From Macrostomum lignano (lineage: Eukaryota), in the NCBI GenBank assembly GCA_002269645.1, contig NIVC01000059.1:186001-250000 (forward strand): a stretch of 64,000 nucleotides of DNA, read 5' to 3'. Position 1 is the first letter of the stretch. Every line of letters begins with the position of its first letter. This document shows positions 33,575-46,185 of this stretch, piece after piece. Under the pieces are notes generated by a model. The model had not been told where the DNA came from, did no database searches, and saw only the letters and a list, made by a program, of their open reading frames with translations. The position numbers were made by a program, and so were the translations under genes.

Positions 33575-34765
33575 CAAACATAGAAGAGCCACCATGTTAA
33601 ACATTAAAGAGCCACCATGTCGAACATAAAAGAGCCACCATGTCAAGCATAAAAGAGCCACCATGTCAAACATTAAAGAGCCACCATGTCAAACATTAAA
33701 AAGCCACCATGTCAAACATTAAAGAGCCACCATGTAAAACATATACATGCTATCAAACATTAAAGAGCCACCATGTCAAACATATATATATGACTCCATG
33801 TCGAACATTAAAGAGCCACCATGTCAAACATTAAAGAGCCACCATGTCAAACATTCAAGAGCCACCATGTCGAATATAACAGAGACAACATTTCAAACAT
33901 AAAAGAGCCACCATGTCGAACATAAAAGAGCCACCATGTCAAACATAAAAGAGCCACCATGTCGACATACAATAGCCACCATGTCGAACATAGAAGAGCC
34001 ACCATTCCAAACATTAAAGAGTCACCATGTCAAACATTTAAGAGCCACCATGTCAAACATAAAAGAGCCACCATATCAGACATAAAAGAGCAACGATTTC
34101 AAACATAAAAGAGCCACCATGTCAAACATAAAAGAGCCATCATGTCAAAAATATACGTGACTCCATGTCAAACATTAAAGAGCCACCATGTCAAACATAA
34201 CAGAGACAAAATTTCAAACGTAAAAGGGCCGCCATGGCAAACATTAAAGAGCCACCATGTCAAACATAAAAGAGACACCATATGTCAAACATTAAAGAGC
34301 CACCATGTCAAACATTAAAGAGCCACCATGTCAAACATTAAAGAGCCACCATGTCAAACATAAAAGAGCCACCATGTCCATAAAAAAGAGCCACCATGTC
34401 GAACATAAAATAGCCACCATGTCAAACATTAAAGAGCTACCATGCCAAACATAGAAGAGCCACCACGTCAAACATTAAAGAGCTATCATGTCAAACACAA
34501 AAGAGCTACCATGTCAAACATAGAAGAGCCACCATGTCAAACATTAAAAAGCCACCATGTCAAACATTAAAGAGCCACCATGTCAAACATTAAAGAGCCA
34601 CCATGTCAAACATTAAAGAGCCACCAAGTCAAACATTAAAAAGCCACCATGCCAAACATAGAAGAGCCACAATGTTAAACATTAAAGAGCTATTATGTCA
34701 AACACAAAAGAGCTACCATGTCAAACATAGAAGAGCTACCATGTCAAACATTAAAGAGCCACTTT
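33575..34765. repeat. 23-bp minisatellite AAACATTAAAGAGCCACCATGTC inside Helitron A
   Basis: Period of 23 measured. Confidence 0.95.
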
Positions 34766-34889
34766 TTTAAACAAAAAAGAGACACCATTTCAAACATAAA
34801 AGTGTCATGCCAAACAAAATGGAACCATTATAAAGCTAAGGAAATTATTGCACTAGCTACTTGTTCTCTGGTGGATGCTTGATATTTAA

Positions 34890-35500
34890 GGATGGATACT
34901 TGCTATCAGGGGGATGCTTGCTCTTGGGGGTGGAGAGTACCTTGCTATTTGAGAGGGGGTTGCTAGATATCTATAAGGTCTCTTTGTATCCAGGTTATGC
35001 TTGCTATCAGGGGTTGCTTGCTGTCTGGGGGATGCTTGCGATCTGGGGGATGCTTGCTATCTGGGGGGGGGATGCTTGCTATCTGGGGGATGCTTGCTAT
35101 CTGCGGGATGCTTGCTATCTGGGGGATGCTTGCTATCAGGGGTCTGGGGGAATGCTTGCTATCTGGGGATGCTTGCGATCTGGGGGATGCTTGCTATCTG
35201 GGGGATGCTTGCTATCTGGGGGATGCTTGCTATCTGAGGGATGCTTGCTATCTGGGGGATGCTTGCTATCTGGGGGATGCTTGCTATCTGGAGGATGCTT
35301 GCTATCTGAGGGATGCTTGCTATCTGGGGGATGCTTGCAATCTGGAGGATGCTTGCTTTCTGCGGGATGCTTGCTATCTGGGGATGCTTGCTATCTGGGG
35401 TCTGGGGGAATGCTTGCTATCTGGGGATGCATGCTATCTGGGGTTGCTTGCTATCGGGGGATGCTTGCTATCTGGGGGATGCTTGCAGTCTGGGAGATGC
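34890..35500. repeat. 18-bp minisatellite GGGGGATGCTTGCTATCT inside Helitron A
   Basis: Direct tandem repeats. Confidence 0.93.
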
Positions 35501-36289
35501 TTGCTATTTGGGGATCGATGCTTGAATGCCGTCTGAGGATGCTTGCTGTCTTGGGATGTTTTGTTTTTAAGAGGGAACGTCTGTTATTTTTTCTGAAGGC
35601 TTTATTTCGCTGTCTATTTGTTATTTGTAAAGAACAAGGATTCTATCCAGATGTCCCCCATCGGGGGGCAAAGATTGCTAGTCCTATATACTAAAAATGA
35701 AAATCTTGTTTGTGCGCAATCGATTTTAGCAAAAATGGCTCATCCGATTTTGTTCAAACTTGCACCATTCGATCAGAAATTTTTCCGTGACGGTACATGT
35801 ATCTTGGCTAAGAAATTGCTAAATGCTAAAGGCATTAAATATTCGAAAAACAAGCTTTTTTGCAAAGGTCAAGCAAACTTTTCGACTTGAAATGCATTGT
35901 AAGAATGCTAGAGAAAAAACTGACTGGTTGATTCTGATTCTGAAATAGATTGCATCATAACTGAATTGTAACTCCGACTTGAATTGAAAATGCAGAGTGG
36001 AAGCGTAGCACCAGACTTGATTTAAATTGCGTAACCATATTGTTAACTGATACTGACTGACTGAGAAACTGATTATGTCATAACTGCTTCGTGTGATTTA
36101 CTCTATGCTTGGATTTTAAAGTGTTGAATTATATAAGTGCAAAATTTGATGTTATCAAAACGATGAGAGCTAGCCTAGAGGTGAACAAACTGAACTGCTA
36201 AATGCAGCGACGATGGTTCGAATTTTCATAGAGTATAATTTTTTTAATTAAAGCTTTTCATCGTCAGGAAAACTAAAAGACTTTTTAAA

Positions 36290-37590
36290 AAGAAGCGTCA
36301 TGTAAAAATCATAGAAGCTTCATTTAAAAAATCATAGAAGCGTCATGTAAACAATCATAGAAGCGTCATGTAAAAAATCATAGAAGCGTCATGTAAACAA
36401 TCATAGAAGCGTCATGTAAAAAATCATAGAAGCGTCATATAAACAATCATAGAAGCGTCATGTAAACAATCATGGAAGCGTCATGTAAAAAATCATAGAA
36501 GCGTCATATAAAAATCATAGAAGCGTCATTTAAAAAATCATAAAAGCGTCATATAAAAATAATAAAGGGGCATATAAAATATCATAGAAGCGTCATGTAA
36601 ACAATCGTAGAAGCGTCATATAAAAATCATAGAAGCGTCATATAAAAATCATAGAAGCGTCATGTAAACAATCATAGAAGCGTTTTTTTAAAAAATCATA
36701 GAAGCGCCATGTAAACAATCATAGAAGCGTCATGTAAAAAATCATAGAAGCCTCATGTAAACAATCATAGAAGCGTCATGTAAAAAATCATAGAAGCGTC
36801 ATGTAAACAATCATAGAAGCCTCATGTAAAAAATCATAGAAGCGTCATGTAAACAATCATAGAAGCGTCATGTAAACAATCATAGAAGCGTCATGTAAAC
36901 AATCATAGAAGCGTCATGTAAACAATCATAGAAGCGTCATGTAAAAATCATAGAAGCGTAATTTAAAAAATCATAGAAGCGTCATGTAAAAAATCATAGA
37001 AGCGTCATGTAAAAAATGGTAGAAGCGTCATGTAAAGAATCGTAGAAGCGTCATGTAAAAATCATAGAAGCGTCATGTAAACAATCATAGAAGCGTCATG
37101 TAAACAATCATAGAAGCGTTTTTAAAAAAAATCATAGAAGCGCCATGTAAACAATCATAGAAGCGTCATGTAAAAAATCATAGAAGCCTCATGTAAAAAA
37201 TCGTACAAGCGTCATTTAAAAATCATAGAAGCGTTTTTTTAAAAATCATAGAAGCGTCATGTAAACAATCATAGAAGCGTCATGTAAACAATCATAGAAG
37301 CGTCATGTAAACAATCATAGAAGCGTCATGTAAACAATCATAGAAGCGTCATGTAAACAATCATAGAAGCGTAATGTAAACAATCATAGAGGCGTCATGT
37401 AAAAATCATAGAAGCGTCATGTAAAAAATCATGGAAGCGTCATGTAAAAAATCATGGAAGCGTCATGTAAAAAATCATAGAAGCGTCATATAAAAAGCAT
37501 AGAAGCGTCATGTAAACAATCATAGAAGCGTCATGTAAAAAAATCATAGGAGCGTCATGAAAAAATCATAGAAGCCTCATTTAAAAACTA
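36290..37590. repeat. 23-bp minisatellite AAACAATCATAGAAGCGTCATGT inside Helitron B
   Basis: Period of 23 measured. Confidence 0.95.
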
Positions 37591-38321
37591 ATGAAAGTGT
37601 CATTTAAAAAATTAAGAAGCATCATGGTAGAATAAAAGAAGCGTCATGTCAGACATGAAGGGTGTCATGTAAAAATTAAATGCAGCTATAATGCTGTGCT
37701 GGGGAGAAAAACTGAGACGTAAAGGCTCACAGAGAATAACTGAGATTACGGAGGGGGGGGTTTCTGAGATGTCAAAGCAAAAGTCAGAAGCTACTTCAAA
37801 GTTCATGTACTTTACTCAATTTTTTATTGCATTCTTTGTTGGCTCGCCACGGGGGGCGCTGATAGAAGAAGAGTCATGTAAAAAATAAAAGTAGCACTAT
37901 GTATACATAAAAGAAAAGTCATGTCGAAGTCAAAAGATTCATTTGGGAATTGCTACGATGTCAAAGCTTGGTGGAAATCGTTATAGTGCTGTGATTCTTA
38001 AAGAAGGAATCACTAAAATGTCAAGGCTTAGGGGAGAAGAATTGCTGAGATTTCAAGGCTTTAGGTTGGGTTAAAGTTAGGTTTAGGTCAGGTTTGGGTT
38101 GAGGGTTATATTTTATCGGGTTTCAAGGTTAACAGGGGATTTTTTAGATTTCAAGGTTAATGGGGGCCATCGCTGACATGTCAAGGCTTACAAGAAGCTT
38201 CATGTCGAAGTTAAGAGATTCATTTGGGAATCCCTACGATGTCGAGGCTTGCAGGGAATCGCTATAATGCTGTAGTAGTGCTATAATGACTCTTAGAGAG
38301 AATTACTGAAATTTCAATGCT

Positions 38322-38396
38322 TTAGGGTTAGGGTTAGGGTTAGGGTTAGGGTTAGGGTTAGGGTTAGGGTTAGGGTTAGGCTAGGGTTAGGGTTAG
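38322..38396 (+). repeat. Interstitial telomeric repeat (TTAGGG)n, about 12 units
   Basis: Direct repeats with one interruption; degenerate copies near 38060-38105. Confidence 0.95.
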
Positions 38397-40257
38397 AAGG
38401 TTGACAGATATTTTTAGATTTCCAAGGCTTATTGGGGGCATTGCTGAGATGTCAAGGGGGGAAGTTGATATGTTAAAGCTTGTGGGGGGGGGAATTACTG
38501 ACATGTCAAGGCTTACAAGGTTTGACAGGAGATTTTTTAAGATTTCAAGGATACATGTAGCTTATTAAAAAAACGTGTATTGCATTTCTTTGGCTCCCCA
38601 ACGGGGGGCGTAGATTGCTAGTAAATGGCTAATAATAGAAACTGCTATTTTTGGTAGTCCAAGGCTCAATGACTCTCTAGTATCCTGACTTCTTTCTGAT
38701 GCAAAGAACTTAAGCAGGGACAACAAAAACATCCATAGTTTTTTCCTGAACAAAAGTAGCGGCCTGTCTTATTATTTGCCTCGCAATGTATTGACATTAT
38801 ACAAGCCGGAATTAAGATTAACAAAGAATGTTAGTTCTTATAAATAAAATTAAACTGCTTTTAAAAGCAGATAAATACAGTTTAAGAAAAAAACCACAAA
38901 AGGCATTTGTTTAATACAGTGTTTCTTGTAAATGTTTGGTTAGTTTGTCTCTAAAAAATTTAACTTCGCTGCCATGGTTGCAAATATGTTATCGTGTATT
39001 ATACCGGTCTACCGAAAAGCATTCACACCTTTTATTTATCTGTATTATCTATATATCTATATATCTATATAAATTAAGATCCAATATACATACAGAAGAT
39101 TGTATTGAATGAATATCTGTCGCTGTATCTGTCGGCAAACCCATTTTTAAGTCAGATCAGATGCCATCTGACGTATGCTACGGCATATGATCATATGACC
39201 GACGTGACGTATGTATACATTAATACATGCATACACATGTGTGGCAGATAGGCGTCCTATACAAGATAATCAGCGTTTATCTCTTTTCGTAGTGTTCTGA
39301 CAATGTATATGTGTTTTTTAGAAAATAAGTTTATTTTTAGTATAACTGATGTCATCTACAAAAGCAACAGCACTACACTACACTGAATATTAGCCGAAAG
39401 ACATATTAAATATTTTATTTAGATATCAAAATATCACACTTTCTGCTGATCATTTATGCATTTGTTTATGGTAAAGTTAAATAGGCAACAGACAGCAGAA
39501 CTTTTTTAGATATTTAGTGCAATAATTTGTGATTAGTGATGCTTATAGCCTACTATCCTTTAGTCATAAGCTCATTGACACTTAGTTGAATTTTATCTTG
39601 CAAAACTAATTAAATAATTTTTAAGTTATTTACTTTATAACAAACATTCAAAATTAATCGAAATTAATGGTAACATTAAATTACCAACACATGTCATTTA
39701 TAGGATATTTTGCAAATGATTGTTACATAGAATTCAGCAATAAAATACATATTGTAACATAGCTATAACAGTATTTATGTTGTTTAGCTTGTCAAATGTC
39801 TGTGCTAATTAAAGAATAATTAAATTAATTAATTAATTTAAATAACTAATTCATTTTTTAGCTTTTAGAATAAAAACTTGATATTGGGGCTATACAAAGT
39901 ATAAGTTCTTGACATAGTACTTACCCTGTAAGTATACTTATAAAAAAGTAATCCATCAATTTAATATTAATATTCTTTTTTTCATACCAATTTAGTCTAC
40001 CTTGAAATATTTTTGCTTTCTTTCTTATTTTCTTTCTTATTTATACAATCATCATGCTATAGATAGTATCACCTTTGTTGTATAAATAAATATTGGCTAA
40101 ATTATTAGTCTAGAGTACTATTCTAGTACTACTGTTGTATATAATAAATCGATTTCACATATATTTGCTTCTAAGTGCTATGTGATTAATAGCATTTGAT
40201 ATTCAGACTGAAAACAATAATATTAAAGGAAAATCCAAACTAAAATTACAGATAAAT

Positions 40258-42923
40258 ATGCATCTAACAGTACTAGTGCAGTTATCTGACACTCAGCAGC
40301 CACCACCAACCTGGTCAGTCGATGCACAGCCCAGATGGAATGTACTTTTCCTAAAGCAACTGGCTTGTCAGCATTTTGGTCTGGCACCAGTTGATGTAGA
40401 AATTGCACTGCTGACTGATACAGTTTCTGGGTATGTTTTTTAATTAGCAGCATATTCTTTCATCATTTCACCATAAAGTCTTTATAGGAAAATTCGATTC
40501 CTACCTGGAACATATTCCAGTTCTCCCCTTGACGACAACGCCTCCCTAACCGACTGCGGTATTGTTGAGAATTCTCGACTTGAACTTCGCAGCCGACGTT
40601 TTAATAGCGATAGTTGTCATAGCAACGAGTCTGCCGCTGCCGCTCGACGCCTTGTGCCTACGCTGTGGCTGTTCTGCTACGATTGCGAGGCTACCAGATC
40701 GGCGGTGGTTTGCGCCGTCTGCGTCAACTGCGGTAGAAGCGTCAGCTTGTCAGACAGTGGCGGCGATGTTGTTGGCGCTAACGAGCCTAAGAACTGGGCG
40801 GATCTGCTGGACGACCGTCGAGCTGACGGTGGCGACTGCCCATACTGCGGGCATCAGCGATGCGTTCGATTTGAGGCCGCTTGCTCGGCTGAGGGTCCGC
40901 ATGCGACCAGGAGGTGTGTGCCGATTAGAGAGCTCAGCACTAGTCTGGATGATGGTGAGGCCGCGTGATTGTGTTGCGCCCAACACCTCATTTTCCTTAT
41001 CCTTTCCCTATGCCACGTGACTCAGTTTTGCACCCACCACCCATTCCCCTCTCTAGGCCACGTGACTCAGTGTCGCAACCACCACCCATTCTCCTCTCTA
41101 GGCCACGTGACTCAGTGTCGCACCCACCACCCATTCCCCTCTCTAGGCCACGTGACTCAGTGTCGCACCCACCACCCATTCCCCTCTCTAGGCCACGTGA
41201 CTCAGTGTCACACCCATCACCCATTCCCTCTCTAGGCCACGTGACTCAGTGTCGCACCCATCACCCATTCCCTCTCTAGGCCACGTGACTCAGTGTCGCA
41301 CCCACCACCCATTCCCCTCTCTAGGCCACGTGACTCAGTGTCGCACCCACCACCCATTCCCCTCTCTAGGCCACGTGACTCAGTGTCACACCCATCACCC
41401 ATTCCCTCTCTAGGCCACGTGACTCAGTGTCGCACCCATCACCCATTCCCTCTCTAGGCCACGTGACTCAGTGTCGCACCCACCACCCATTCCCCTCTCT
41501 AGGCCACGTGACTCAGTGTTGTACCCACCACCCATTCCCCTCTCAAGGCCATGTGACTCAGTGTCGCACCCACCACCCATTCCCCTCTCTAGGCCACGTG
41601 ACTCAGTGTCGCACCCATCACCCATTCCCTCTCTAGGCCACGTGACTCAGTGTCGCACCCACCACCCATTCCCCTCTCTAGGCCACGTGACTCAGTGTTG
41701 TACCCACCACCCATTCCCCTCTCAAGGCCATGTGACTCAGTGTCGCACCCACCACCCATTCCCCTCTCTAGGCCACGTGACTCAGTGTCGCACCCATCAC
41801 CCATTCCCTCTCTAGGCCACGTGACTCAGTGTCGCACCCACCACCCATTCCCCTCTCTAGGCCACGTGACTCAGTGTTGTACCCACCACCCATTCCCCTC
41901 TCAAGGCCACGTGACTCAGTGTTGTACCCACCACCCATTCCCCTCTCAAGGCCATGTGACTCAGTGTCGCACCCACCACCCATTCCCCTCTCAAGGCCAC
42001 GTGACACAGTGTCGCACCACCACCCATTCCCCTCTCAAGGCCATGTGACTTAGTTTCGCACCCTCCACCCCATTCTCTTTCCCTAGGTCACGTGACTCAG
42101 TTTTGCACCCACCACTCCATCCTTCCTCCCCCAGGCCAATCCGCCTGTTGCGTGTGCGCAGAGCCGCAGCCAATCGGACGACCGCTTCTGTGCTTTCCTT
42201 GCGGCCACGCGGTCTGCCTGGACTGCTTCAAAACGGATGCCTCAGCCAGACTGTCCGACGGTCGACTGGTATTTCTAGCCGACCGCGGCCTGACCATGGA
42301 CTGTCCGGCGCACAACTGTCGCAGTACAAATCGTTACCTAGGCGACGCGCACGCTTTTCGTCTGTTAGGCGCGGAGTCCTACGAACGGGTGAAGCTGCTT
42401 GGCGCTCAGCGCGCCCTGCTTACAGCCGAGGCCGGTCATGTGATGTGCCCGCTGTGCTCGGCTCAGTACGAGCTGCCGGCCTCATCGGAAGTTCAACAGG
42501 TTGGTTAGAGCGTGTGTGTATTTGTACAGCGGATTGGGCAGAATTACCTCGGCGCTGGAATTGTTGGATGGTGTGGCGTTGCGCCAGAATGTGTCAATTT
42601 CTCAACCTCACTTGTTCCAGGTGACCTGCGAGTCCGGCCTAGGCGGTTGCGGTGCCCAGATCTGCCTGTCCTGCCGAGCTTTGGCCCACGCCGGCTCCTG
42701 CGTCGAAACCAACGTCGAAAGCGTCGTGGAAGATTCGAACCCGGAACGTCAGTCGATGAGTACAATTCGACGAACTTCGAAGCCCTGTCCGCGCTGTCGA
42801 GCGCCAACTGAACGAAACGGTGGCTGCATGCACATGACCTGCCGGCTGTGCTGCCAGTCCTGGTGCTGGATCTGCCAGCTGGAGTGGTCTGAGCAGTGTC
42901 AGACCAATCACTGGTTCGGTTGA
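40258..42923 (+). CDS. PRKN: Parkin RBR E3 ubiquitin ligase homolog (Ubl-RING0-RING1-IBR-RING2), 4 exons
   Basis: Exons 40258-40430, 40521-40954, 42135-42499 and 42621-42923 join in frame. Motifs: RING0 C..C..WADLL..C..C, RING1 GHAVCLDCF...HAFRLLG, IBR VTCESGLGGCG, RING2 KPCPRCRAPTERNGGCMHMTC...WCWIC...NHWFG. Confidence 0.9.
41013..42110. repeat. 45-bp minisatellite GGCCACGTGACTCAGTGTCGCACCCACCACCCATTCCCCTCTCTA filling parkin intron 2
   Basis: Period of 44-45, about 24 copies. Confidence 0.96.
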
Positions 42924-43021
42924 ACTTATTGCGATAAAACTCGGTGCAGAATGATTCAACAGTATTCTTTAGTCCCCTGTAGTATAAAAAGTATAAAAAG
43001 CACCTAATTTTGAATATTTGT

Positions 43022-46000
43022 GTGCCCTCTATGTATGTTGGTGCCCTTTATGACCCTCTGTATCTTGGTGCCCTTTATGACCCTATGTATGTTGGTGCCC
43101 TTTATGACCCTATGTATGTTGGTGCCCTTTATGACCCTATGTATGTTGGTGCCCTTTATGACCCTATGTAGCTTGGTGCCCTTTATGACCCTATGTATGT
43201 TGGTGCCCTTTATGACGCTATGTATGTTGGTGCCCTTTATGACCCTATGTATGTTGGTGCCCTTTATGACCCTATGTATGTTGGTGCCCTTTATGACCCT
43301 ATGTATGTTGGTGCCCTTTATGACCCTATGTATGTTGGTGCCCTTTATGACCCTATGTAGCTTGGTGCCCTTTATGACCCTATGTATGTTGGTGCCCTTT
43401 ATGACCCTATGTATGTTGGTGCCCTTTATGACCCTATGTATGTTGGTGCCCTTTATGACCCTATGTATGTTGGTGCCCTTTATGACCCTATGTATGTTGG
43501 TGCCCTTTATGACCCTATGTATGTTGGTGCCCTTTATGACCCTCTGTATCTTGGTGCCCTTTATGACCCTATGTATGTTGGTGCCCTTTATGACCCTATG
43601 TATGTTGGTGCCCTTTATGACCCTATGTATGTTGGTGCCCTTTATGACCCTATGTAGCTTGGTGCCCTTTATGACCCTATGTATGTTGGTGCCCTTTATG
43701 ACGCTATGTATGTTGGTGCCCTTTATGACCCTATGTATGTTGGTGCCCTTTATGACCCTATGTAACTTGGTGCCCTTTATGACCCTATGTATCTTGGTGC
43801 CCTTTATGACCCTATGTATCTTGGTGCCCTTTATGACCCTATGTAACTTGGTGCCCTTTATGACCCTATGTATGTTGGTGCCCTTTATGACCCTATGTAT
43901 GTTGGTGCCCTTTATGACCCTATGTATGTTGGTGCCCTTTATGACCCTATGTATGTTGGTGCCCTTTATGACCCTATGTATGTTGGTGCCCTTTATGACC
44001 CTATGTATGTTGGTGCCCTTTATGACCCTATGTATGTTGGTGCCCTTTATGACCCTATGTATGTTGGTGCCCTTTATGACCCTATGTATGTTGGTGCCCT
44101 TTATGACCCTATGTATGTTGGTGCCCTTTATGACCCTATGTATGTTGGTGCCCTTTATGACCCTATGTATGTTGGTGCCCTTTATGACCCTATGTATGTT
44201 GGTGCCCTTTATGACCCTATGTATGTTGGTGCCCTTTATGACCCTATGTATGTTGGTGCCCTTTATGACCCTATGTATCTTGGTGCCCTTTATGACCCTA
44301 TGTAACTTGGTGCCCTTTATGACCCTATGTAACTTGGTGCCCTTTATGACCCTATGTATCTTGGTGCCCTTTATGACCCTATGTAACTTGGTGCCCTTTA
44401 TGACCCTATGTAACTTGGTGCCCTTTATGACCCTATGTATCTTGGTGCCCTTTATGACCCTATGTAACTTGGTGCCCTTTATGACCCTATGTAACTTGGT
44501 GCCCTTTATGACCCTATGTAACTTGGTGCCCTTTATGACCCTATGTAACTTGGTGCCCTTTATGACCCTATGTAACTTGGTGCCCTTTATGACCCTATGT
44601 AACTTGGTGCCCTTTATGACCCTATGTATCTTGGTGCCCTTTATGACCCTATGTAACTTGGTGCCCTTTATGACCCTATGTAACTTGGTGCCCTTTATGA
44701 CCCTATGTATCTTGGTGCCCTTTATGACCCTATGTAACTTGGTGCCCTTTATGACCCTATGTATCTTGGTGCCCTTTATGACCCTATGTAACTTGGTGCC
44801 CTTTATGACCCTATGTAACTTGGTGCCCTTTATGACCCTATGTAACTTGGTGCCCTTTATGACCCTATGTAACTTGGTGCCCTTTATGACCCTATGTAAC
44901 TTGGTGCCCTTTATGACCCTATGTAACTTGGTGCCCTTTATGACCCTATGTAACTTGGTGCCCTTTATGACCCTATGTAACTTGGTGCCCTTTATGACCC
45001 TATGTAACTTGGTGCCCTTTATGACCCTATGTAACTTGGTGCCCTTTATGACCCTATGTAACTTGGTGCCCTTTATGACCCTATGTATCTTGGTGCCCTT
45101 TATGACCCTATGTAACTTGGTGCCCTTTATGACCCTATGTATCTTGGTGCCCTTTATGACCCTATGTATCTTGGTGCCCTTTATGACCCTATGTAACTTG
45201 GTGCCCTTTATGACCCTATGTATCTTGGTGCCCTTTATGACCCTATGTAACTTGGTGCCCTTTATGACCCTATGTATCTTGGTGCCCTTTATGACCCTAT
45301 GTATCTTGGTGCCCTTTATGACCCTATGTAACTTGGTGCCCTTTATGACCCTATGTATGTTGGTGCCCTTTATGACCCTATGTATCTTGGTGCCCTTTAT
45401 GACCCTATGTAACTTGGTGCCCTTTATGACCCTATGTATCTTGGTGCCCTTTATGACCCTATGTAACTTGGTGCCCTTTATGACCCTATGTAACTTGGTG
45501 CCCTTTATGACCCTATGTATCTTGGTGCCCTTTATGACCCTATGTAACTTGGTGCCCTTTATGACCCTATGTAACTTGGTGCCCTTTATGACCCTATGTA
45601 ACTTGGTGCCCTTTATGACCCTATGTAACTTGGTGCCCTTTATGACCCTATGTATCTTGGTGCCCTTTATGACCCTATGTAACTTGGTGCCCTTTATGAC
45701 CCTATGTATCTTGGTGCCCTTTATGACCCTATGTAACTTGGTGCCCTTTATGACCCTATGTATCTTGGTGCCCTTTATGACCCTATGTAACTTGGTGCCC
45801 TTTATGACCCTATGTATCTTGGTGCCCTTTATGACCCTATGTATCTTGGTGCCCTTTATGACCCTATGTAACTTGGTGCCCTTTATGACCCTATGTATCT
45901 TGGTGCCCTTTATGACCCTATGTATCTTGGTGCCCTTTATGACCCTATGTAACTTGGTGCCCTTTATGACCCTATGTATCTTGGTGCCCTTTATGACCCT

Positions 46001-46185
46001 ATGTAACTTGGTGCCCTTTATGACCCTATGTAACTTGGTGCCCTTTATGACCCTATGTATCTTGGTGCCCTTTATGACCCTATGTATCTTGGTGCCCTTT
46101 ATGACCCTATGTAACTTGGTGCCCTTTATGACCCTATGTAACTTGGTGCCCTTAATAACCCTATGTAGCTTCGCGCCCTTTATGA
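43022..46185. repeat. 27-bp satellite ATGACCCTATGTA(TG/TC/AC)TTGGTGCCCTTT, about 117 copies
   Basis: Direct tandem repeats; source of the spurious 1072-aa ORF. Confidence 0.98.

Larger units (their letters stand above)
32967..35681 (+). mobile_element. Non-autonomous Helitron, copy A
   Basis: Starts A|TC(CTC)CTATATACTAAAAATG; ends with GC hairpin CCCCCATCGGGGGG and CTAG at 35678-35681. The first ~500 bp is homologous to copy B. Confidence 0.8.
35682..38621 (+). mobile_element. Non-autonomous Helitron, copy B (head-to-tail with copy A)
   Basis: Starts TCCTATATACTAAAAATG directly after the CTAG of copy A; ends CCCCAACGGGGGGCGTAGATTGCTAG|T at 38621. Confidence 0.8.
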
